64,000 nucleotides of DNA, from positions 90,760 through 154,759 of the forward strand of contig DEAD01000011.1 of assembly GCA_002346645.1 (NCBI GenBank). The letters are read 5' to 3'. This document shows, piece by piece, positions 56,759-64,000 of this stretch. Positions within the stretch are counted from its first letter, which is position 1. Each line of letters starts with the position of its first letter. The notes under the pieces are model-generated. The model saw only the letters and a program-made list of their open reading frames with translations, was not told where the DNA came from and did not search any database. Source of the stretch: Dehalococcoidia bacterium UBA2991 (GTDB lineage: Bacteria; Chloroflexota; Dehalococcoidia; Tepidiformales; Tepidiformaceae). The translations under genes were made by a program, and so were the position numbers.

Positions 56759-57843
56759 CTAGCCTGCTGCGGTTTCCTCCCAACGAGCTCGAAGAACTTC
56801 TTGTTTCACTCGAAGCACCCCGCTACCGCGCAGACCAGGTTCTGAGGGCCCTGTATCAAGGTGGATGTGATTCCATTGATGCTCTTATCCAACTCCCTCG
56901 AGATCTTCGTGAACGGATGAAAACAGCTGGTTTAACGGTCCAGCTCCCGGTCATTCTGCGCGAGGTAGTAAGCGATGATGGAGACACTACGAAGGCCTTG
57001 CTCTCTCTGCCCAGCGGCCCAACGGTTGAGACCGTCCTAATGCAGTATCCCCGATCGGGTCGTGGCCCTCGGTCGACCGTATGTGTATCTACCCAGGCAG
57101 GTTGCGCTATGGGTTGCGTCTTCTGTGCCACTGGCCAGATGGGTTTCGAACGCAATATTCCAGCGGAGGATGTCGTCGCGCAGGTTTTGCATTTTCAGCG
57201 GTTGCTCGCTTTGCGCGGAGAGCACGTGACTAATGTTGTCTTCATGGGAATGGGTGAGCCTTTGGCCAACTATGAAGAGACGCTACGTGCGGTCCGCCAG
57301 TTAACCGACCCTCGAGCTTTTGATCTTGCCCAGCGTGCCATTACTGTATCTACAGTCGGGATTCCGCGAGCCATCGATCGGCTTGCAACCGAGAATCTTC
57401 AGGTCGGCCTCGCCATCTCCCTTCATGCGCCAGATGACGCACTGAGGCGCCGCCTGGTTCCTACTGCTCGACCAAACTCCATTGCTGAGTTACTAGACTC
57501 TGGACGCCGCTATTTTCGTACTTCTGGTCGGCGGGTCTCCATCGAGTATGCCCTTGTTGGTGGCGTAAATGATGCGCCTCGTCACGCGCAGGAGTTGGGT
57601 AAATTACTTCGTGGTAGCGGCATGCATGTCAACCTAATTCCCCTTAATCCGACTGCAGGCCCTTTTGTTGCACCCTCCCGTCGTGGGGTGCGCGAGTTTC
57701 GTCGTATCTTGACCGAGGCGGGAGTCAATGCCACGGTCCGAATTGAAAAGGGTTCGGAGATTGCAGCTGCCTGTGGCCAACTCCGTACAGATGTCGATGC
57801 TGCTAGCGGAAGAGGCTCCGCAGCATTCCCTTCCCCAAGCTGA
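56755..57843 (+). CDS. rlmN: 23S rRNA/tRNA (adenine-C2)-methyltransferase, radical SAM
   Basis: 362 aa. YRADQV near the N-terminus, the radical-SAM motif CAMGCVFCATG, and GMGEPLANY. Confidence 0.93.
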   Translation: MTSLLRFPPNELEELLVSLEAPRYRADQVLRALYQGGCDSIDALIQLPRDLRERMKTAGLTVQLPVILREVVSDDGDTTKALLSLPSGPTVETVLMQYPRSGRGPRSTVCVSTQAGCAMGCVFCATGQMGFERNIPAEDVVAQVLHFQRLLALRGEHVTNVVFMGMGEPLANYEETLRAVRQLTDPRAFDLAQRAITVSTVGIPRAIDRLATENLQVGLAISLHAPDDALRRRLVPTARPNSIAELLDSGRRYFRTSGRRVSIEYALVGGVNDAPRHAQELGKLLRGSGMHVNLIPLNPTAGPFVAPSRRGVREFRRILTEAGVNATVRIEKGSEIAAACGQLRTDVDAASGRGSAAFPSPS

Positions 57844-58189
57844 GAGCAAAGCTGCCGACGGCTAGTCCTAGGCCTACCGCGAATGCTGTTCGTAGATCGA
57901 ACCATGTGTGTACATCGCCTCTCACAACAGGAGCGGCGAGCACACCCACATATGTTCCATCACATGCTGCTGACTTGGTTGCAAGGACTGCTGCTGCACT
58001 GTCTCGCATCGTCGTTCGCTCCGCGCGTATTGCAGCGATTGCACTTTGTTCTACACTCACTGACTTTGCTTCGAGTTGCACCACCACCCCTTGCTCAATT
58101 GAGACCTCTTCCGCCTGCACGGCCTGTGCGTAGTCCCGTCTTATACCGGCGAAGCGCGCTTGTGTACCGGGTCCACTGAACTCTGCCAC
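57803..58189 (-). CDS. Hypothetical protein with a C-terminal TM helix
   Basis: 128-aa ORF whose 3' end overlaps rlmN by 41 nt (convergent). It is Ala/Val-rich with a TM helix AFAVGLGLAVGSFALSL. Coding status is uncertain. Confidence 0.4.
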   Translation of the reverse strand: MAEFSGPGTQARFAGIRRDYAQAVQAEEVSIEQGVVVQLEAKSVSVEQSAIAAIRAERTTMRDSAAAVLATKSAACDGTYVGVLAAPVVRGDVHTWFDLRTAFAVGLGLAVGSFALSLGKGMLRSLFR

Positions 58190-58248
58190 CTAATGCCTCC
58201 AGCTCGCGTACGCTAGACCGCGGTTCAAGAAAGGGCAATGCTGCTCGT

Positions 58249-59262
58249 GTGCGTACCTCGGACTTTGATTATGACCTGCCCCCTTCCCTAATCGCTCAGC
58301 AGCCGGTTGAGCCCCGAGATGCGGCACGTCTGCTTGTGGTGTCTCGTGGGAGCGGACTGCTTGCTCATCACCATGTTCGTGATCTTCCGGATCTACTGAA
58401 CCGGGGTGACCTCCTTGTACTTAACGACACCCGCGTCATGGCTGGACGTCTGCGAGGTTTTCGTGCCGATACCGGTGGACAGGTTGAGTTCCTTCTGCTT
58501 TTCGAACATGACAATGGATCCTGGTCCGCTCTTGTCCGCCCTGCGCGTGGCGCGATTCCGGGTCGACAATACCGATTGGAAGGAAGCGATGGTCCCCTTA
58601 CAGGCACGGTTCTCCACCGTGAAGATGAGATAGCGACGGTGGCTTTTGATCGACCGATCGATCCGGCCTCAGTCGGCACGGTACCCCTTCCTCCCTACAT
58701 TCGGGATTTCGTGGGAGATCCCGAGCGTTATCAAACTGTCTACGCTCGGGAGGCTAGGAGTGCTGCTGCTCCGACAGCTGGGCTCCATTTCAGCGAAGAA
58801 TTATTTTCCCGGTTAACCACTGTGGGAGTTGACCATACTTTCCTTACTCTTGAAGTAGGTGCTGGAACTTTCCGTCCTGTTCGCGCGGAGGATCCCGCAG
58901 AGCATGTGCTTGGCCCGGAGCGGTTCAGCCTCCCTTCTGGCGCGGCCAAGGCCATTCGATCTGCTCGTGCTGATGGCCGCCGAGTGATTGCCATCGGTAC
59001 GACTGTTGTCCGCACCCTTGAGCATGCTTTTGCCGATCAGGATGCAGTGCTAGAAGGTGAGACCGATCTCTTTATCCGACCCGGTTACACCTTTTCTACT
59101 GTCGATGCATTGCTAACCAACTTTCATTTGCCCCGTTCAACTCTGTTAATGTTGGTGTCTGCCTTCGGTGGATATGATCTGATTCGTAGCGCTTACGCTG
59201 AGGCTATCCGCGAAAGTTACCGTTTCTACAGCTTTGGGGATGCCATGCTCCTGCTGCCCTAG
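58249..59262 (+). CDS. queA: S-adenosylmethionine:tRNA ribosyltransferase-isomerase
   Basis: 337 aa. FDYDLPPSLIAQQP, LNDTRV, PLPPYI, AAPTAGLHF and YRFYSFGDAMLL. Confidence 0.94.
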   Translation: MRTSDFDYDLPPSLIAQQPVEPRDAARLLVVSRGSGLLAHHHVRDLPDLLNRGDLLVLNDTRVMAGRLRGFRADTGGQVEFLLLFEHDNGSWSALVRPARGAIPGRQYRLEGSDGPLTGTVLHREDEIATVAFDRPIDPASVGTVPLPPYIRDFVGDPERYQTVYAREARSAAAPTAGLHFSEELFSRLTTVGVDHTFLTLEVGAGTFRPVRAEDPAEHVLGPERFSLPSGAAKAIRSARADGRRVIAIGTTVVRTLEHAFADQDAVLEGETDLFIRPGYTFSTVDALLTNFHLPRSTLLMLVSAFGGYDLIRSAYAEAIRESYRFYSFGDAMLLLP

Positions 59263-60149
59263 AGGTCTTCTGCCAACCCCCAGTGTTCTTTCCGAAACGT
59301 GACGATTCCGTCTCCAGCGAGAGCCTCTAGGTATCGCCCGCAATTTTCTTGATGCTCCTCTGGTAGCTGGGCTGCAATTGAAGAAGCGGGCAGTGGTGAA
59401 TCCTTTGCCAGGATCGCTACGATCTGTCCCCGTGCGAATCGTGCTGTTGACTTGAAAGGTGCAGCGGTCACTTTTCCATTAGGGGTGGGATCTGCTTCTG
59501 GTTGCCCGGCTGCGAGCCATGTGCAGTCACTCTTGAGAGGACAGATTTCGCATGCTGGCGAAGATGCTTTACAGACAGTCGCACCCAGATCCATCGCTGC
59601 TAACTGGTGTGCTCGCGTTCCCCGCTTTGGAAGCCAGGCCTTTGCTGCCTCTTTCAGTTTCTGCTTGTGCGGCACTCGTGCGGTGGCCTCTCCAAGCAGT
59701 GTGCGTGCCACTACTCGTGCGATGTTCGTGTCGAGTGCAACGGTTCTTTTGTCTCCAGCGAAGCAAGCTACGGCTGCTGCTGTGTAGGGCCCCACTCCGG
59801 GAAGCGTTAAAAGTTTTGCTTCCTCTGTTGGAATACCTCCGAACTTCTCTAACGCTTCTCTTGCTGCTCTCTGGAGGTTCACTGCTCTTCGGTTATAACC
59901 CAGCCCAGCCCACTCTCGGATAACCGTTCCTGTCGTTGCTTCCGCTAAGCTTTCTGCCGTAGGCCACCGCTTGAGCCAAGTCTCATAACGTGGGTGTACC
60001 CGGGAAACTTGTGTCTGTTGCAGCATTACTTCAGATACAAGTACTGCGTATGGGTCGCGAGTCGTTCTCCAGGGCAGGTCGTGACGGCCATTAACCCGAT
60101 ACCATCGTCCCAGTGTCCGCCGGAGTCGGGAGAGTTCGACGGTTGCCAT
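59259..60149 (-). CDS. mutY: A/G-specific adenine DNA glycosylase
   Basis: LPWRTTRDPYAVLVSEVMLQQTQV, LPGVGPYTAAAV and the Fe-S loop CKASSPACEICPLKSDC. The track start at 60188 overlaps the upstream gene. The ATG at 60149 (MATVEL...) lies 4 nt after its stop. Confidence 0.87.
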   Translation of the reverse strand: MATVELSRLRRTLGRWYRVNGRHDLPWRTTRDPYAVLVSEVMLQQTQVSRVHPRYETWLKRWPTAESLAEATTGTVIREWAGLGYNRRAVNLQRAAREALEKFGGIPTEEAKLLTLPGVGPYTAAAVACFAGDKRTVALDTNIARVVARTLLGEATARVPHKQKLKEAAKAWLPKRGTRAHQLAAMDLGATVCKASSPACEICPLKSDCTWLAAGQPEADPTPNGKVTAAPFKSTARFARGQIVAILAKDSPLPASSIAAQLPEEHQENCGRYLEALAGDGIVTFRKEHWGLAEDL

Positions 60150-60153
60150 TGGA

Positions 60154-60888
60154 CTAGTCGTCGTCTTCGAACTCTTCCTGTTCGCCACTGGAACCTGCCG
60201 GGGGTACTATCGCGAATCCGCCCTCGATCCGGCGATTAGTGTTTCGTGCTGGGACCGCTTCAAGGTGTTCGATGAGGTCAGAGAATTCGTCGGAGGAGGT
60301 TCCTTCTGTTGGGATAATTCCACCTGCTCCGGTCTCCCGCAGTGCTGCGAGTTCGGAACTCGAGATGCTTGGTGTAACAGTCACAATCAGAGCTACTCCG
60401 CACAAGGCTGCAATGCGACCAAGGGAAATGCGTCGTGCCACTGTGAAGTTTGTAACTGGGGAGCGTACTAAAACCGCGTCGAGAGAAAGGGTTGCTAAAG
60501 CGCGAAGTGGGGCGTCCTCCCATGCCTCGTCTACCTCCAGGACCAGACCAAGTTCGCTTTCAACGATGCTGGCAGCAGCCGCCTCTGCATTAACAATGGC
60601 GAAGTCGGCTCCTGCCTCTTCGAGAGCCGTAACATCCTCCTCGGTAAGTGATGCTATTTGGACACCTAGCAGCCCATCTAGTCCGTCCAGCGCGGCGATG
60701 GCTGATTCAGCATCGTCTGCGGCTACAGCCACAAAGTCTGCTCCCGCCTCCAGTGCCTCTGCTCCTGATTCCCCGCCTGCCCCGATCAGTAGGGCACGGT
60801 CTTTCTCTGCTGCTTGCGCTCCGAAACCCATCACCCGGGCGCTTTCGCCCCGTCTCTTTTTTTGGAGCGCTTCGCTCAGTTTGCTCAA
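60154..60888 (-). CDS. Hypothetical acidic Ala-rich protein
   Basis: 244-aa ORF coupled (ATGA) to the upstream amidohydrolase. It has repeated ...EAGADF[VA][AI]V... segments and an acidic tail EQEEFEDDD. No family recognised. Confidence 0.5.
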   Translation of the reverse strand: MSKLSEALQKKRRGESARVMGFGAQAAEKDRALLIGAGGESGAEALEAGADFVAVAADDAESAIAALDGLDGLLGVQIASLTEEDVTALEEAGADFAIVNAEAAAASIVESELGLVLEVDEAWEDAPLRALATLSLDAVLVRSPVTNFTVARRISLGRIAALCGVALIVTVTPSISSSELAALRETGAGGIIPTEGTSSDEFSDLIEHLEAVPARNTNRRIEGGFAIVPPAGSSGEQEEFEDDD

Positions 60889-62102
60889 ATCATTCCTCCA
60901 GTGGTGCTTACTGCTTTCCCGTTCCGGAATACTCTTGCGATTGTCTCCGGCTGGGCCAAACAGCGGACATTGCTTAAGGGGTCCTCGTTCAGGCTCACGA
61001 TATCGGCAGCCAACCCCACGTGCAGCCTACCTGTTTCTTCACTAATGCTTAGCAGGTCAGCGGCCCAGGCAGTTGATGCAAGTAATGCTGCTTCAGGTGA
61101 AAGGCCAAAGTCGGCCATGCGGACTGTTTCCTGTGCGTTTTCTCCCGGACGGTTGAGTGGTGTTCCCTGGTCTGTTCCCATGGCGATGCGTACGCCTGCT
61201 TGGATTGCCTGCTCGTAACTTTTGATGTGATCCTCCAGTACTTCTCTTCCCTTCTCTACTGCGTATGTGGGGATGCCATTATCTGCGCCATGAGCAATGT
61301 GGAAGGGTGCTGTGAGCGTGGGCACGAGATATGTGCCCAGCTCAATCATCATTGCGAGTGCTTCTTCGTCCATCCACACGCCATGTTCAATTGATGTGAC
61401 ACCCGCTGCTACGGCATTCTTGATACCCGCAGTTGATTGAGCGTGGGCAGCTACCGTGCGGAAAGCCTTGGTTGCCTCTTCCACCCCAGCGGTGAGCTCT
61501 TCGCGTGTAAATGCAGGTGAGCGCGGGTTCACCCCCGGTGTGAGTACGCCCCCGCTCGCAAAAAGCTTAATCGCGGTGGCTCCCTCCCGGATCTCCTCCC
61601 GGACAGCCTTTCGTACTTCATCAGCACCGTCTGCTTCGCGTGCTATGAAGCCGTGCCCATGTCCTCCCGACATGGTGACGCCCATCCCGGCAGCAATAAT
61701 TCGTGGGCCCTCCAGATCACCTGCTTCGATCGCTCTAGATAACTCCACGTTAAGCCGGTCTGCGGCCCCGAGGTCCCGCACAGTCGTAACTCCCGCCTGG
61801 AGCGTCGAGTATGCATGTTTGGCCGCGTGCCAAGCCCGTCGGGCCAGGGGCAGGCGCTGTCCTGATGTCAGTTCTGCAGGGTCGCCGGAGGAGCTGATGT
61901 GAACGTGGCAGTCGATTAGCCCCGGAATGAGGAATTGCCCTGAACAATCGACAATCAATGTGCCCTCTGGCGCCTCCATGTCTCCCAGTGCTGAGATGAT
62001 CCCATTTTTGCAAAACACGTCACCGCGAACGAAGGTACGGGCTTCGCTTTCGAAAAACGATCCCCCTTGCAGGAGTAACGGCCGGTTGTTAATAGTTGAC
62101 AA
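60885..62102 (-). CDS. Amidohydrolase family metal-dependent hydrolase
   Basis: 405 aa. PGLIDCHVHIS (HxH), AIKLFASGG (carboxylated-Lys region) and IEHG. Confidence 0.85.
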   Translation of the reverse strand: MSTINNRPLLLQGGSFFESEARTFVRGDVFCKNGIISALGDMEAPEGTLIVDCSGQFLIPGLIDCHVHISSSGDPAELTSGQRLPLARRAWHAAKHAYSTLQAGVTTVRDLGAADRLNVELSRAIEAGDLEGPRIIAAGMGVTMSGGHGHGFIAREADGADEVRKAVREEIREGATAIKLFASGGVLTPGVNPRSPAFTREELTAGVEEATKAFRTVAAHAQSTAGIKNAVAAGVTSIEHGVWMDEEALAMMIELGTYLVPTLTAPFHIAHGADNGIPTYAVEKGREVLEDHIKSYEQAIQAGVRIAMGTDQGTPLNRPGENAQETVRMADFGLSPEAALLASTAWAADLLSISEETGRLHVGLAADIVSLNEDPLSNVRCLAQPETIARVFRNGKAVSTTGGMI

Positions 62103-62186
62103 TGTTCAGCATTCTCCCTGGCAGTCCATATCAGCGGCAAGCAAGAGGTATGCGAGCTATCCTCCGCAGACATAGGAGGTTTCCCG

Positions 62187-62537
62187 ATGGCAAAGATGAT
62201 TTTGGTTGGGCTGGTCGAACCACCCAGCTCCGAAGCTGAAGAGCAGTTCCGTGAGCGGTACCTTGGGAACCATATTGAGGATATAGCCAACTGCCCGGGT
62301 TTTCTTTCTGGGACGGTCTATGAGCTGGCTCATCCCCACGATGATTTTCCCGTTATTTCCCGATTCCTAACCATCTATGAGCTTGAAGCTGAAACCTGGG
62401 AGGAGGCTGATGCGAATTTGAAGAATTGGATCTCCGATCCTAATGCCTATCCTGGTCGGCTCTCTGGTGAGGGTGCGTTGTCCATCGTTGGCTCTGGCTG
62501 GTATCAGTTTCAGCGTGCCTACCACACGCGAGGCTGA
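62187..62537 (+). CDS. Hypothetical protein, possibly dimeric alpha/beta-barrel (EthD-like)
   Basis: 116-aa ORF. The pattern F..RY...H..D....PGF......YEL......F....FLTIYELE resembles EthD/DUF4286-type proteins. The call is weak. Confidence 0.45.
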   Translation: MAKMILVGLVEPPSSEAEEQFRERYLGNHIEDIANCPGFLSGTVYELAHPHDDFPVISRFLTIYELEAETWEEADANLKNWISDPNAYPGRLSGEGALSIVGSGWYQFQRAYHTRG

Positions 62538-62733
62538 GAAGACGGACACGATTCCGATGGGCTATTTCACAGAGAGCCCTTATTCAAGATCTGGGTTCTA
62601 CTTCGGCAGGAACAAGTGGGCGGAATATCGTCCGTTTCCACTCAAGAAATGCCGTTTGGGGCCTTAGTGTGAGTGTTGAGCTTGGCCATGTATGGAGAGG
62701 TATTAGCGCAAGAGAGGCTTGGGTTAGCCAAGG

Positions 62734-63996
62734 TTATTCGCCTCCCATAGCCGGTGTACGCCCTGTGGGGCGTTCCTCTGGTAGATCGGGGGTATTGTCG
62801 AAGCCTGCCGTTAACGGAGTGTCTATGCGCTGTCCCGTTTGCCCGCTTGGACCGTAGCCTTCGATGATTCTCTTTAGCTGTTCTCGGTCGTGCTCTCTTG
62901 AAACATCCTGCTCTGGAGAAGGCATGGATGCCACATGCAGAGTTTGGGTAGGGAAGGCGAATTCAACCCCCAGATCTTCTGCCAATCTCATGATGTCCAG
63001 GTTAAGGATGTGCCGTGTGCGCAGTTCGTCGTTCCAGTTCGGTGCGTTGATAAAGCAGTAGACAAGAATATCCAGCGAAGCAGCCCCGAATCCATGGAAT
63101 TCAACTATGTAGTAGTCCTTCCTCATCCCTGGATTCGATCGAATTAGTGCACGCACTCCCTCAACGAACGCTTGTACTTGACTGGGCGTTGAGTGATAAG
63201 CAATTGCCAGGGTGGTTTTATATCGCCTCCACTCCCGTAGCCCCATGTTATCGACGTGGGTGTCAACTATGCGTGCGTTTGGTACGGACACTACGGAGTT
63301 ATAGAAGGTGCGTATGCGCGATGAGCGGAAACCAACGTGCTCCACTGTTCCCTCGATTTCGTCCACTACTACCCAGTCCCCTACCTGGAACGGGCGGTCA
63401 GCGAAGATCGTGACGCCTCCAAGTAAATTCCGGATTGTGTCCTGCGCAGCAAGTGCAACTGCCAGTCCGCCTAGACCCAGGCCTGCTAACAGAGAGGTAA
63501 CGTTCACTCCCAGGTTTCCTAGAACGAAGAGTGCTCCGAGGAGCACAACCAGGCCTTTCAGGGTGGTGTTGACGAGAGGAACGAGCTGGTCGTCGATGCG
63601 ACTTACTGTCTTTTCTGCCCGTCGTTGCAGCACATCAGTGAGGATGTCGATGCCGCGAAAACCCAGGACTACTAGGGCGACTGCTCCGCTTAGGCTGGCA
63701 ACTTGTATTACTACCTTCTCGATGCTGGAGTCAAAGGTCAGGGTGGGGAAGCCTACGATCACGGTTATGGCGGTGATTAAGGCAAGCAAAGCACGACTCA
63801 GTCGTGCTCGCTCCCTATCCCAGAACTTCCGGTCTTCCTGGGCTAGTCGTGCTCGTAAATAAAGCCGTAGCACGAGTGCGACAAACAGGTGGGCTGCCGC
63901 AGCCACTAGCACCAGTGCACCAATTCCGATGAACTGCTCGACCTCGATACCGATGTATGTGTTTTTGAACCAGTGCGGCACGAGGAAGAGGGACAA
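62734..63996 (-). CDS. Mechanosensitive ion channel (MscS family)
   Basis: 420 aa with N-terminal TM helices. IRNLLGGVTIFADRPFQVGDWVVVDEIEGTVEHVGFRSSRIRT is the MscS core signature. Confidence 0.87.
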   Translation of the reverse strand: MSLFLVPHWFKNTYIGIEVEQFIGIGALVLVAAAAHLFVALVLRLYLRARLAQEDRKFWDRERARLSRALLALITAITVIVGFPTLTFDSSIEKVVIQVASLSGAVALVVLGFRGIDILTDVLQRRAEKTVSRIDDQLVPLVNTTLKGLVVLLGALFVLGNLGVNVTSLLAGLGLGGLAVALAAQDTIRNLLGGVTIFADRPFQVGDWVVVDEIEGTVEHVGFRSSRIRTFYNSVVSVPNARIVDTHVDNMGLREWRRYKTTLAIAYHSTPSQVQAFVEGVRALIRSNPGMRKDYYIVEFHGFGAASLDILVYCFINAPNWNDELRTRHILNLDIMRLAEDLGVEFAFPTQTLHVASMPSPEQDVSREHDREQLKRIIEGYGPSGQTGQRIDTPLTAGFDNTPDLPEERPTGRTPAMGGE

Positions 63997-64000
63997 AGTG

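Noticed and set aside
62535-62733. Possible Sec read-through of the TGA ending the 62187..62537 gene
   Set aside because: The downstream in-frame translation (EDGHDSDGLFHREPLFKIWVLLRQ...) looks non-coding. There is no Cys partner and no hairpin near the UGA.

Overview
This is a 64-kb chromosomal segment from a moderately GC-rich bacterium, densely coding on both strands. The gene content includes F420-linked enzymes, ThyX, a PASTA domain, an MMPL transporter, an EtfD-like Fe-S oxidoreductase and many CoA-ester and flavin oxidoreductases. That mix suggests Chloroflexota (SAR202-like) or Actinomycetota, but this is a low-confidence inference. I can support 65 protein-coding genes, 2 tRNAs (Thr-CGU, Gln-CUG) and one clear bidirectional intrinsic terminator. 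Housekeeping genes are secA, secG, gatB, fmt, rlmN, queA, mutY, an nth-like glycosylase, dapA, glpX, thyX, lipB, cofC, panE and selD. The rest is dominated by redox and CoA-ester metabolism: three crotonases, an acyl-CoA synthetase, a fused double CaiB-type CoA-transferase, three luciferase-like (LLM) oxidoreductases, a PPOX-type F420 enzyme, an OYE/FadH-like reductase, SDR, Gfo/Idh/MocA, epoxide hydrolase, nitroreductase and two VOC proteins. I saw no rRNA, CRISPR array, transposase, integrase or phage genes. The main result of the hunt is three site-specific UGA (selenocysteine) recoding events that a stop-to-stop ORF track cannot show. (1) Two track ORFs at 11656-12174(-) are one gene joined by an in-frame UGA in a U-G-S-C motif. 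(2) A SelW/Rdx-like CxxU gene at 12294-12542(+) is absent from the track and sits head-to-head with the first. (3) selD has a 28-codon N-terminal extension containing Sec at residue 17. Each UGA is followed by a perfect hairpin where a bacterial SECIS would lie. Secondary observations are a tandem pair of paralogous small 'RWRS' proteins behind a degenerate crotonase, an HTH-TM-PASTA protein, and an apparently asymmetric tandem CoA-transferase. Several start codons were re-called relative to the track. All family calls rest on motif recognition by eye, with no database searches.
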